The notes under the pieces: generated by a model
What the model was told of the DNA's origin: nothing
Seen by the model: the letters and a program-made list of their open reading frames with translations, nothing else
Database searches by the model: none
In this document: piece after piece, positions 37,501 to 50,252 of the stretch
Layout of the letters: each line of letters begins with the position of its first letter
Position numbering within the stretch: the first letter of the stretch is position 1
From: Convolutriloba macropyga
Lineage: Eukaryota
Assembly (NCBI RefSeq): GCF_964194025.1
Contig: NC_134473.1
Location: 65,224,001-65,288,000, forward strand
Length of the DNA stretch: 64,000 nt
Direction of reading: 5' to 3'
Program-made: the position numbers and the translations under genes

Positions 37501-38689
37501 CATGTATTTTGCATTTGTAATCTGTTTTGTGAACAGTAATTTGCTTCAAAGGTGCTTTCTAAAATAATAGTGCCCTGATTTTAATCCGCCTGGATTGAAA
37601 TCTTGCAAGATTCTTGCAAGAAACTTGTAAAGTTTTGAGTCATCTTGCAAGATTCTTGCAATTCTTAAATTCACTCATCACTAGGGACTAAAGAAGTTCA
37701 ATTTTAAATCTCTTAAATTTTAAAAGCTATTACATTTTACAAATTACAAATTTTTTCAAGTTGACATCAGTTTACAATTTACGGCTTTGAGACGCGATGA
37801 AAAGTTTATTAAAGTGACGGAAGTTATTATTAGCAAATTTTGATACATACAGGGACTGGTTACTTTTATTTCTCATTTGTGAATTAAGTTTACTCAGTTG
37901 TTAAATGAGATGAACCCGGGATCAGATGGGAGAATTATCAAAAAACCGGTTGATTCAGAGAAAAATTGGTCAATATTAGAGGAACCAGTCGAAAATATGG
38001 TCATGACTTGAGTTTACTCGCAATAACGCAAACTAAACCAAAACAATCGCTTTTGCGCAAATAGCGCAAACTAAAACAAAACACGTCCTTTTGTGTTGAC
38101 AATGAAGAACTGTGCGATGCTTTACGACCATGAACCGAAAATGTTACCATCCGAAAGTGTGTGGCTGCGATCAGACAAAATCAGTTCATGGTGTAGAACT
38201 ACAAACCGTGGGAGGGTACATCACGAACAATAATCGTCGGATCATATTTTGACCAGCTCACCCGGGAACTTCCAAAAATTGAGTCAAATCCTGTAAAATT
38301 GATTTACCGGACATTGATCTCTGGTCATAACGGATATTCATACTGCTGGTAAAAGGCCTGCACACAGGATAACGACTAACCAAACAACTAGTCATTACTC
38401 GAATGGGTCACAATTTGGTTAAATATCGATATCTAGATAATTATAATGCGTCAGATAAGTGTCCCTATTCAATTGAAGCATATATAACTATTCATAATTT
38501 TATTGCCATTTAATGAAGAACAAAAACCAAACACACACATTTGGCAAAAATATCAGTTTGAACGTCCTCGAATTATTCCTAGTGATGTTTAGTATCCTTT
38601 TGTTTTTAAATCCTTTTTTGTCCTTCTGTTTTTGAGAGCTTTAAATATCTTGAAAACAATAGCAAACTGACCTTAGTCTTATTACAGGT

Positions 38690-40700
38690 CTAGCTTTGAA
38701 CAATTCTCCTTAATCATATGTCGCTGACCAATTGTAGGTTACAAAGTGAAGCAACGGAGTGAAAAGTTTCAATTATTATATTTTGAAAACAATCTTTTTG
38801 GGAATATAGAGAACATTTTTTTTTAAAATTGTACCATGCAGATTTATAAAATAATTAAGAGAAATGCATGAAGTTTGATGAGCGTCTAAATTCAGAACAA
38901 CAGTCTCAACAGAAGAAGAACTAAATTCTAGGTGACAGGTTCAATAATCAACGCACAGTAGACTGAAGAGTGATCGCAGAAAGCTGTGATCAGAGTTCAT
39001 TTGGTCCCGCATGACATGATCTGACGCAAAAGTTTTGACAAAGTCTGATCATAAACAAGAACAAACTCCTCGACGAGTCTTGATCAGACCCTGATCAGAC
39101 CCTAGAACCTGGACCTCGTCTGACCATATGAGGGAACTATATTTAGTAACCAATTATTTAGTCCACTGCTTTCTTTTTCTGAAAAAGAAGAAGAAGAATT
39201 ATGTTATAATAATATTTTTCTCTAACATTAACGAGAAGTGCTATCTAATTAAGATTTAAATTGAACAATAAACATTGAAACAACATATTACATAACTTTC
39301 AAGTTTTTCGAATTTATACTAGAAAAAGATTGAATCACGCACTGGTCACAATCGGGAGTATGTTCTGAACAGATTGAGATCTGTTTACACAAAAGTTGTA
39401 AAATATGTTTGTGTTTCAGAAAAACCGCAAACCAATTTAAGCTTCACGATGGTCTGTACAAAAGCCGAATCAATTTGTCTGGAAATGTTTAGAGAAAAAT
39501 ATGGTAGCACCAAGGCCGCTTAATTTCAAGGGTCGAACCAAAGTCACTGTGGACAGTCTAACAAACAAGTTAATAAAAGGATCCGTGACAAGCCAATAAA
39601 GCTTTTAATCAAACAAGTTAAACAATTTATAACGCCTAAATATGAACAATGTACTAATCTTGCGTCACTAGAACATTTTGAACGATGACTGGGTTGTCGT
39701 CCTAGATTTTTTGAACAATGCTCTAATCATATATCGCTATTTTAAAACAATATATAGCTATTTTAAAGTGAATTACAATGTTATTATCCTTTTGTATCGT
39801 TAATGTAGAGTAAAAGTAAAGCAAGTGAAATGAAATTATGAAACTTTTGTTATTAAATTCTCAAATTTTTTGGCAATATTTAGAGTGTCATTTTTTCAGA
39901 TTGCGCCTTAAAGACATGTGAAATGTTTGAGAGAAATGATAATGGTTTGGTAAGCGCCTATACAGACTCATCAGAGAAATCGATCCAAAAAGCTGATGAA
40001 AAGCCCGGTGAAGGACACGGAATAGTCTTAAGAATGATCGCCGGGTAATGTTATCAGAGTTCAATTCGCTGTCGCTTGATCTGATTATACACAAAAGTTT
40101 CCACATAGTCTGACCATAAACAAGAGAAAATTCTGGACAACGATAGTCCAAAAATTGTGACATTTGTTAGGAAATGTCTGATCAGACAAGAAAATCTGGA
40201 CCTCGTCGGTCCATATGGGGAACTATATTTATTAACCAATTTCTTGACATTGCTTTCGTTTTCTGAAAAACAAGAACAAAAGCAGTTCTAAAAATAATAT
40301 AAAAATTTTTCCCATACATTAACGAGACCTGTTATCTATTTAAGACCTAATTTGAACAGTAAACGTTGAAACTGTACATCAAACAACTTGCAATTATTTT
40401 AGGTATTTACTAGAAAAAGGCTGGACCACGCACCGGTAAAAATTGGGAGTGTGCTCTAAACAGAGTGAGCGCTGTTTACAAATGAATTGCACAATATATT
40501 TGCATTTCAGAGAAACTTGACAACAGTTTGAGCTTCGCAAAGGTCTGTACAAAAACCTCTTCCGTAAGCTTGATATGTTTAGGGAATAATATGGTAGCAC
40601 TGAAAGATTTTATAATTTCAAGCGTCGAAAGAAAATTTGAGAGGAGGCTGAATCAAAAGTCTGTATAATAAAATCTCTGACAATCCATTGAAGCTGTTTA
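38690..40700. repeat. Old ~1.09-kb tandem duplication
   Basis: CTGGACCTCGTC.G.CCATATG.GGGAACTATATTT at ~39109 and ~40196, with collinear similar flanks. Confidence 0.8.
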
Positions 40701-42709
40701 AAAAACATAAATAAACCTTTAAAAACTGTTTTTTTTTTGTCTTAAAACGGAATGCTTTTAAATAATTAAAACAATACGTCGATTGGAGTCAAATCAACAA
40801 TACCTTCGCCAAAAGCCCAATGAAAACCATAAAGACATCAAAACAGATGTGTATGTGTTTGACTGGCACAGCAGTTCAATTTATATGTTTTGGTACAGAT
40901 ATATTAATAATCCATAACAGTTGGCTTCGTTCATTAAATTTTGTATTAGAACGATATATAAGTAAAACTAAGTAAAACAAAACTCTATCTAATATTTATC
41001 CGACAAAAAGGAGCAATTTAGCACATGCTTTTACTCTATTTTGGTTTTTGCGGGCCATTATATAAATATGATCTATAATTCATGTAAAACCATAAGTTTA
41101 AAATTATGAGAGTTATGAGTTCGTATATTGCATTAAAAACAAACCGATAATAGCGTACATTAATTTCTTACAAAAATGAATCACATCAATCTTTTGCAGA
41201 TAAAAGCTTGTCGAGATCAAATAAGAAACAAATTTCTGATAAGCACAAAAAGCAAGAAAATTATGCAGAATTTCGAAACAGAGACCAAAAGAGGCCGAAC
41301 TAGCTTATTTAGCTTATTGCACTTGGTTATGAAAAAATTTTCAAATTCATATTGCCTATGAACAAAAATGCCTCAAAGATTCGGCAACTAGCAACAAAAA
41401 ATATCACAACAATTGCATAAAAAATTTAATAAAAGTTTGAAACAATAAAAACAATTCGTAAGCGTACACTTATTTATTGGGATGAGTGAAAAAAACACTT
41501 GTGCCAAAAAAATTTTTATAGTCAGAAGTAAGAGAGTTTTGAAGGAACCCCATCTAAACAAAAGATTTTTTTCGCCTCGCGAAAACATTACACTTTTTTC
41601 TCACTCTACTTAAAAAATGCAGCTTCTTTTGTTCTTTTGATTTTTGGTTTTGCACATAAACACTAAAAATACTATTTTCTTAAAATGGATAGCGCCTATA
41701 TAATAACCATTTGAGTAGCGGTTGGTGGCTACCAAAACGGGTAGTTGGTAAGTTGGAATGAAACAATCGGTTTTTTGGAAAAGAGCCGATGTCAATTCTA
41801 TTTGTTTTGGATTTAGTTGACGCTCAGATTGTTTTTTACTGTAATAATTTGGAATTCAATACCGAATAGAGTTGCAAAACCAACTAATACGCATGACCAC
41901 ATAACGTATACTCTTCGCCACAACAACTCTTCAAATGCAGTAATTTAAGCGTATTAAATAAGAACGTGTTTCTTAACCAAGACCAAGACTAAGACATATT
42001 GAATCTTTTCCATTTGTCCACCCCCCCCCCATTACGGTATAAGCCCTCAGGGGCATAGTACGTGCCACTTGTCAACTCGTTCTGTATTGCACGTGATATG
42101 TGGGAGGAGCGGGATAGGGTGCAAATAACATGCACCAGCTAAGCTGGGACCAGAAACATAAAGATCGGACATATTGGATTTCTAATTAAAAATTTGGAAA
42201 ACAGCCTAAGCTCTAGAAGCAGGATGACAACATAAAAGAATTTCAAATGTTCAAATTGAAACTGTTAGCGGTAGTTCTTAGTTCTTAAAATTTTCTCTTT
42301 TCCCGATTTTGCCTCAAAACAAGCTGAATCAACTGACTTGAGTAAGAAACATATTTTCTGATTTAAAATTTAGGTTAATGGCTATTTTGTTGAACTATCT
42401 AAAAGTTATAAGATAAAGTATAAGGATATATATGAACATAGTAAATGACATTTAAGAACTGTTTACCCCCCCCCCCCCCCCCCCCCCACCTTGGTGAAAT
42501 ATTTTAAAAAATTATTATTGACATGATCACACCTTAGTGATACGGACTAATTCTAATATCTAGATCAGACCTCTTAGCTATGTGCTTATCAAGCTATGTG
42601 CTTCACTCTCTTATTAGCACTAAAAATAGAATTAATTTGTTCACACATGATTTGAAAAAAATATTGTCCACATGGGGAAAGGAAACAGCTCCGAAATTTG
42701 ATATTTTTG

Positions 42710-42964
42710 CGGTCTTTCCAATTATAACCCACCCGTCTCCCCTCAAAAGTAGAGCCCCATTTTACGAGGGTCTTTCCCATTATAGCCCCCCCCCCCCCCA
42801 CCCAATCATGGTAATTACACCATGATGAGGGGGCTATAATTTCATGGGGGGGCTATAATGGGAGAGACCCTGTTACGGTATATATTTACAGTATTGGGGG
42901 GGGGGGGGTTATACGTCATTATGTTGTATTATCTCTAAGCTAGGGAGTATAATGGGATAGACCC
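42710..42964. mobile_element. Nested pair of GGGTCTTTCC-type MITEs (inner copy 42768-42870)
   Basis: Inner TIRs GGGTCTTTCCCATTATAGCCCC / GGGGCTATAATGGGAGAGACCC flanked by TTTTACGA / TGTTACGG; an older, more degenerate TIR pair surrounds them. Confidence 0.75.
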
Positions 42965-43022
42965 ATATTTGTGCTGTGAGTTCTTTAAATAGGCCGATAA
43001 ATTTCCTCTTCATCGATGACAT

Positions 43023-43285
43023 CTAATATGTGATTTTGGGGTCAGCATAGCCACACTGGCTCTCCACCACCAAATTGTAGTCGTTTCCACTCTTAGAGGG
43101 GTCGTTGGGGAATGCCTGGCTGGTGGGCAGTCGGAACCATCCCTTCTCACCCCAGTATGCCCCCCAGCTGTTCCTCACAACCCAGAATTCGCCCACAGTG
43201 TCGTCCACACCCCACCCGACTACTGAGATCTCGTGGTTGCAAAATGTGCGCCAGTAGGGGGAGTATTCAGTGTACACGTATCCGC
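43023..43285 (-). CDS. CTSZ: Cathepsin Z (X), exon 6 (last): catalytic His and Asn
   Basis: GGYVYTEY...FCNHEISVVGWG...FWVVRNSWGAYWGEKGWFR...YNLVVESQCGYADPKITY*; acceptor TTTCAG at 43286. Confidence 0.96.
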
Positions 43286-44088
43286 CTGAAACAATTAAGT
43301 TTTGTATTTCAAAAAATGAAAAATGAGAGAAAACCTAAACAAGAGCAGAAAAGAGCTGAAACAGGGAAGGGAAAAATTCGAATAATTTGTTGAAAGCAAA
43401 TCTCAGGTCTTTAAATATATCAAGATCTTAAGACAAGTTAAGTTTTCCTCTGTATTCATGGATTCTGATAGTTTCGAGATATTTCAAGTTTTTAGCTGGG
43501 CAAGGCGTAAAATATTCTGATTTAAAAATGAAGTGCTAGTTAGTCTGAGATCCCGCGCTAAAACAACGTTTGAACAGAACCACTCATGACCAATGTTACG
43601 CCTGAACAGACTTTCTTCTGGCCATCGGTCAGACTTTCGTGCACCCGACGCAGATTCAGAACTTCTATTTTGAGCGCAATCTCCACCCCCACCTCCCCCG
43701 GAGCGCGTGAAGATGGACTGACTGATCAGAGGTTGACTTTTCCTCTGGGACCTCGGACATTTAACAGGTGGGGGGGGGGTTCAAATTTACCACTCTATTC
43801 TCAACGCTTTCTCTATTATCAGAAGTTTTTGTGAGAACTCATAAAATAGGATGTTGATGGGCTGTGGTAACAAGATCGAGGGGGGTGGGTGGTGTTGTCC
43901 AAAAGAAGTAGGGTCTTCACAAAGTGATCAAGGACTGCAAATCAATACATTTTCGGCCTGTATTCTTATCAGCCTACTATTGTAGATATCGACCATAATT
44001 TTCCTTTCACGCATTTATTTTTCATTTGAAACTTTTTTTTTTGGGGGGGGGGGGCTTTTCCTGGACCTCCAGCTGGGATATAACCGAC

Positions 44089-44260
44089 CTTCGAAGTCCT
44101 CCAATTGAGTAGTGGCGTGTATACAACATGAGATGGGTCCATTGTTGTATATCTCACTCATCATCTTGTCTCTCCCTGATATACTTCCATAGTCTCCTAC
44201 TTTGTACAGGGTGTAGTTACTCTCAGGGTAACACTCTCCGAAGCCCCAACAGGTGCCACA
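44089..44260 (-). CDS. CTSZ: Cathepsin Z exon 5
   Basis: [57 protein letters not shown]; AG/GT boundaries, phases 0 and 1, consistent with neighbours. Confidence 0.95.
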
Positions 44261-45239
44261 CTACAAACAAGCAAAACATAGTAATGCCCAATTGAAAGGA
44301 AACGTGAAACATGAAACATCCAGAATGTTAATCTTGCAAGAAAATCTTGCAAAATATTGTTAATCTTGCAACATCTTGCAAGAAAATCTTGCAATATTAA
44401 CATCCTGAATCGACTAGGGATATGATAAACATATTGATACGGTCTTGATAACATCTTGATAATTATGAACTTCCTAAAAAATAAGCAAAGATCTTGAAAG
44501 TTTGTACGCATTTTGACCATTTCTTATCAATATCTTTCATAAGTCTTTTCAAGTTGCACTTTACTGGGACGGCAATTTCTAAAAAAGAATTAAGCTGAGT
44601 CTTCGGTCGTCATTCTTGATCTAACGAAACAAGACGAAATTAGACAAGGAACGTATATTTTATTTTGGTTGAGTTTTTAGTGTTGTGTTTAGTGACGTAT
44701 TCAAAATTCAAAGCTTGCGTGTCCAGAAACTGATGAGATAGCTTCCAGTGAAAACATAGCCAGCAGATTGCCGAAAAATAGCCGCAATAGACACTTGTGG
44801 CCTTCCATGAATTGAAACAACTAAAAAAACAAGATAGGTAGATCGACCAAAAGTCCTTTAGTAGACCACTAGATTTTTTGGGTTAGATACGTACTGTCAT
44901 TTTTATGATACATATACGGTCCATAAAGAAAAAACCCTAAAAGAGCTTTTTCATACCTGATTTTCGAAATCAAAAACTCAAGACTAATGCTTGAGAATTA
45001 GGGATTAAAAGTTTGGCACTACTTAGATGCACGCTATTGATCTTTCACTAGTAAATGCTCATAAAATAAAGTTCCGTAATTGAGTTCAGAAGTCATTTTT
45101 TTGAGCGAGGTAAGTCACGCAATCGAACTAAGAGCAGAAATGATGTCACGCAGACAAATTTTAATTCCAGAGCAGTAGAAGTCACTGAAGTCATTGAAAA
45201 AATCAGGTTAAGACGAAACAAAAATCTGTTAGAGGAAGT

Positions 45240-45830
45240 AAAAAACATAGCAGGACAAGTCCTGACGTACAATTCAAGGAACTTTCATTGACTAAACAAA
45301 AAACAAGACATAGAACGGACTATGAGTGAATTGACCAGTTCTAGAAAAACTCCGATCAAAAAAACAAAAACAAAACAGAAAATCAATGTAAAAATGCCGC
45401 TACCAAGAACAAAAATCCTATAGCGAGAAATGCAAATTTTATTCTAACAAAAAAGTAGGCCTAGAATGAACAATGAAGGGATCGGGAAAACCCCATTTAG
45501 AAAAAAATCCGATCCAAAAAACTGAAAAAATTAAAAACCAAAATGAATTTGCCACATGTGAACAAAAAACCACTAGCGAGAAAGAAAGCGAACTTTTGTT
45601 CAAACACCGTTTTCTCACTCTACTTTAAAATTAGAGCGAAACAATTTCACGCCGCAAAACCACTCGCTCTTTTGCTCCATTTCCTGTTTCGGCGTGACCA
45701 AAATCACTACTCCAATTTGACTTCAAAAATCATGAAAATGTTTGAACAGATCTTAAAAAAAGACAGCGCCCTAATACATTTCAAATTCTTTGAATTGTAA
45801 AAAATTAGGAGCGCAATAATAGCCGCCTGG
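45240..45830 (+). repeat. Dispersed repeat, copy 2 (in a CTSZ intron)
   Basis: Reverse-complement match to 11345-11950. Confidence 0.85.
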
Positions 45831-46504
45831 AATCGCTGAGACGGCTATTAATCAAACATGAAATATCTCGATCACGGTAAGAAGTTCTTGGTAAGAAAAC
45901 GTCAAGATATGAACAAGATGCAAAATCGTTGCATGTCTATTTGAAAAAATGGGCTTTTTAAATCAAGGTCTTGTCAAATCTTGACATGAAAACATAGTTT
46001 AACAAGATCTATTTAAGCGATCACAGATTTTATAAAGAAAGCCAAGACTATTCCCGTACCAACTCCAAGTGCGTTTCAGTACTGGGCGAGTATAAAAGCA
46101 ATTCCTTATCATTACTGAATCATAGACTGATTCATGTCACTTTTTTTTTACTTGTCTGACTTGCGTTCAGTCTGATTTTACCATGGTCAAACCTGGGCCA
46201 AGTGCAAAAATACATTTCCCAACGGGGATCGAACCCACGATCTCCAGCTCCCTTGACATTTGACCTCCTTTCTGCTCCCCCACTGTTGCAAGTTTGTCTT
46301 TTTTTGCCGTTCTAATACGCTTGAAAGAAGCAAATTTGAAGCGAGAAAGCGAGTAAAATATTTTACGTGGGAGACTTGCATTAACAATTGCCCAGTATTG
46401 AGCTACAATTGGATTTCGTTACGGGTTCCTGTTTTTGACAAGATGTACCAGTTTTTGGGTTGGGAGTAAGTTTTTGTAGGGTTTAATTGTGGAAATTAAT
46501 TAAC

Positions 46505-46586
46505 CTTATTAAAGTCGGTGCAGTTTTGGTCAATGGCCTGGTAGTTGTTGCATGTCTCGTGTGGGATTCCATGAGTATGCATGTAA
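46505..46586 (-). CDS. CTSZ: Cathepsin Z exon 4
   Basis: (S)[27 protein letters not shown]; 82 nt, phases 2 and 0. Confidence 0.95.
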
Positions 46587-47306
46587 CTAAAACAAATCAG
46601 AAGTCGAGCAACTTAGGGTCAACTATATTCTTTGCCCAAGTAAAATATACACATTTATATACCGTATTTTTCCACCCGTATAAATATTTCGTTGTTTTTA
46701 CATTCAACATCATTGCTTCAAAAGTTTGTTCAAAAAGGTCAATATGAAGAAAAAAATAATGTTTATTTAGTCTATTTAAATATATCGAAGTTTCATATCG
46801 CAAGTTCGTTGCAGGAATTATCTTTCGAGTCTTTCCCATTATAGCACACCCTAACTTGTGGTCAATTAACGTACAACCCCCCCCCCCCCCCCCCAATCTC
46901 TTTCTCGTATTGTATATATGCCATAATGGGATCTTTGTTTTCGTTGGGGGAGGGGGGGGGGGGGTGGGTGGGTGAGATAATGAGAAGACACTGCCCTTCT
47001 AGATCGAAATTGACTAAATACCCTTGCATTGACTAAATGACATAAGATTCCAAATTATGAGTTTCAAATTTTCTGAAAATAATCACTAATTAGGCTTTCT
47101 TTCATTTCGGTAATTAGACACTATATTCATGAGAAAGGAGTAATTTTAAACAAATTTGAACGAAATTCGCTTAGTGTAACTAGTTTTCACGCTCGCTTTC
47201 AACTCTAATATTAAATAAAACGGCTTGTAAAAAAATCGAGTATACCTAAGCTCGATTTTTCGGACAGTATGGCCACGTAATGCTATTTTTGCTAGACTTT
47301 TCTGAC

Positions 47307-47432
47307 CTGTAGACAGGTATGTCCTCTCCCCCGTGACAGGTACCTGCATCACCACATGCCAGAACATTTTGAACAGATAGGAGGAATCCAGGGTCCACTA
47401 CTCCTGTCTTTTTACTCTCTTGGATTATGAAC
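47307..47432 (-). CDS. CTSZ: Cathepsin Z exon 3
   Basis: FIIQESKKTGVVDPGFLLSVQNVLACGDAGTCHGGEDIPVY; TTTGCAG acceptor, AG|GTCAGA donor. Confidence 0.94.
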
Positions 47433-47664
47433 CTGCAAACACAAAATCAAACAGCTGTTAACACACGGTTCAATTCCAGAAATGGCCAAAATTCTGAAGT
47501 GCTGCTGGAAATCAAAAAGCTAAAGAAAAATACGTACATAGCCAGAAGTTAGGTTACTCTGATGAAATCACTGAGAAAGTCTGACTCGAAGAGCTACAGC
47601 TATGCGGTTTTTAGTAACCGTCTTAATGTCTTGGTTACCTCAATCAGAGTTAAGTAACCTATAT

Positions 47665-47912
47665 NNNNNNNNNNNNNNNNNNNNNNNNNNNNNNNNNNNN
47701 NNNNNNNNNNNNNNNNNNNNNNNNNNNNNNNNNNNNNNNNNNNNNNNNNNNNNNNNNNNNNNNNNNNNNNNNNNNNNNNNNNNNNNNNNNNNNNNNNNNN
47801 NNNNNNNNNNNNNNNNNNNNNNNNNNNNNNNNNNNNNNNNNNNNNNNNNNNNNNNNNNNNNNNNNNNNNNNNNNNNNNNNNNNNNNNNNNNNNNNNNNNN
47901 NNNNNNNNNNNN
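47665..47912. other. Assembly gap (248 N) hiding the end of CTSZ exon 2
   Basis: Run of N. Confidence 0.99.
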
Positions 47913-48058
47913 GGTAGATCCGTGAGCCCAGCATGAGCCACAGTACTGTGGAATGTGTTGGTTCCTGATGACACTGAGGTAACTCTGTCCCTTGATGTTC
48001 CTCCAGTCCCACTCCGTAGGAAGAGAGTCCGAAGATTGAACCAGATTGTTGTCACCAT
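47913..48058 (-). CDS. CTSZ: Cathepsin Z exon 2 (catalytic Cys; 3' end in gap)
   Basis: [49 protein letters not shown]; the HIP mini-loop is diagnostic of cathepsin X/Z. Confidence 0.97.
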
Positions 48059-49117
48059 CTAGATAATTTTCAACAACTTAGATTGTCGTTTTTGTGACGA
48101 ATTGTTTGTTACGTAACATTCTTTTGGGTCTTTTACAGACACAAAATCGAAAAATTTTATTTTTTATAAACGAAATTATGAAAATTTAGCTTATTCTCTT
48201 GAACACTCCTGCCTTGAACATTGTTTTTCATTGAGGGGGCTGTTCTAACTTGTCATCATCAACTATTAATGTACCCTAGTCGACATCTAGACTTTATGAA
48301 AAGACAAAAAGTCAATCGGAGCATGATTTTGACCCAAATTACAAACTATAAAGTTACTGTAAGCACCCTAAAGTCAATACAAACTTTCTTCATTGTCATG
48401 TTCACCAATTGCAGAAAGCTTCGTTTGAGATCGAAGCCGATTCCACTTGCGGAGATAACAAGAGTGTCTTACAAGATATATTGCCCGCAAAACGGTTGTT
48501 ATAGAAACTTGGAAACCAGTTTTTGAAACTTGAAAAGTTTCAAGCATTTTTATGCAGCTCTGCTGAAGTGAGCTCAAAATTTTGTCTCCTATCTCAAAAC
48601 ACTGAGCGGTTCTCAATGAATACCGCACAATTTCGGTGATTTAATCACAGTCACGAAACTTTTCGCATCTCTAGATCACTTTTTGCTCCAAAGTAGAATC
48701 ACTAGTCTCCGCATGTAGTCAGTTGTCATGTAAATGTATTTTTTTTAAAAAAACAATAGTTTTTATGAGCATCCTATCAGATTTCGTACGATAAAGTCAC
48801 GATGAACTCATTGATGGGAAGGATAATCAGCCTGGCTATGGTTTATTTAAATATCACGATAGGGTGTATTATTGATGTAAAATCTTTAAAGTGAAGTATG
48901 GTAATGGACCTAAAGCCAAGTTAATATTAGTGATCGATATTAGTAATATTAGTATAATTGCAAGATTTATATCATAACTAGTTCAGAGCTATGATAATCT
49001 CTTTTTACACTTAGCTGTCTAAATGCGATTCTCGGCCACGACGTGCAAGTATCGAAATGCAACTCGTGCCGTAGCATCAAAATATGGTGGAATATTTAAC
49101 TTAAAAATGGCAATCTC

Positions 49118-49999
49118 ACAAGCCGGATCCGAATGGTTATCTTGCAAGATTTTGCCAGAATCTGAGAGAATCTTGCAAGACGATACATCGTCTTGCAAGA
49201 ATTTCTGCCAGAATCTTGCAAGATCTTGAAAGATAACCATTTTTTGCAAGAATCTTGCAAGATAGCCATTCGTTCTGCCAGAATCTCACAAGATAACCGT
49301 TCGTTTTGCAAGAATTTTGCAAGATAGCCGTTTGCAAAAAAACTTTCTTACACTTGAAAAGACCTTACACTTGGAAAGAAAACGCTAAAACGGTTGCAAT
49401 ATTCAAATGTACACATATTTTGCGCATCAACAAAAAAAGCTAAAGACAATTATTAAAAAAACATCAGAAAAGTATTAATCTAAGCATCAAATTTTTTGGG
49501 CATTGGCAAGAAAAATTAAGCGTAAGGAGCTAAATTAAACGAAATAAAGCTGTTTAAGGTGCACAGAATATTAACACATAATTTTTTCATCAGAAAAGGT
49601 AATATAGACGTGTAGTTTCGTAAATCTTGATAAAGTTGAAGGAAAATAATTTTTGATAGTAATTTATTTTGTGTTAACAGCTCTCAAAGGTTGATTTTAA
49701 CTTGTTTTCTTCAGATAATTCATATTTCCTGATTTAAAGTCTATTCAAATTATTTTTTTCTTTAAAAAACACGCAACTGATTCTTAAGTAAATTTCTGGT
49801 CGAAATGAAATGTGTTGCATGAATGAGAGCCAATAAGAGGACAGCTCAACCGGAACGAACTTGCAAGAATCTTGCAAGATAACCATTTTTCTGCCAGATC
49901 TTGCAAGACAACCATTTTTCTGTCAGATCTTGCAAGATAGGCAATTTTTGCAAGATTCTGGCAGAATCTTGCACGATAACCATCTGGTCTCGACTGGGG
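49118..49999. mobile_element. MITE with inverted arms built from TCTTGCAAGA repeats (CTSZ intron 1)
   Basis: Left arm ATGGTTATCTTGCAAGATTTTGCCAGAATCT mirrors right arm AGATTCTGGCAGAATCTTGCACGATAACCAT. Related patches at ~36270-36410, ~37600-37660 and ~44330-44570. Confidence 0.75.
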
Positions 50000-50077
50000 C
50001 TGTAAACATAAAAATTTTTCCAATTTTATTTGCTTTAAAATCGTATAGAATAACTTTGTATTAGATATTTTCCCAAC

Positions 50078-50252
50078 CTGTTTCCTTGTTTTCAGATGGG
50101 TGGTATTCTTCCCAAGGTCGCTTGTAGTTTTTTACTTCCCGCACCAAATCAGGGTCTGTGCTTTTCACGTACCCCCCAAACAGGTGGGCAGCCCCAAGGT
50201 CAACACAGAGGAAAACCCCAACAAAAATTGCGACTAGAATTTTCGAATTCAT
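50078..50252 (-). CDS. CTSZ: Cathepsin Z exon 1 (signal peptide and propeptide)
   Basis: MNSKILVAIFVGVFLCVDLGAA signal, then ...NYKRPWEEY (cf. YPRPHEY of cathepsin Z). Phase-1 donor CAG|GTTGGG joins exon 2 in frame. Confidence 0.9.

Noticed and set aside
44700-44822. Candidate extra CTSZ exon with a good acceptor
   Set aside because: Exons 4 and 5 already join in phase with no missing cathepsin sequence, and this translation is unrelated.
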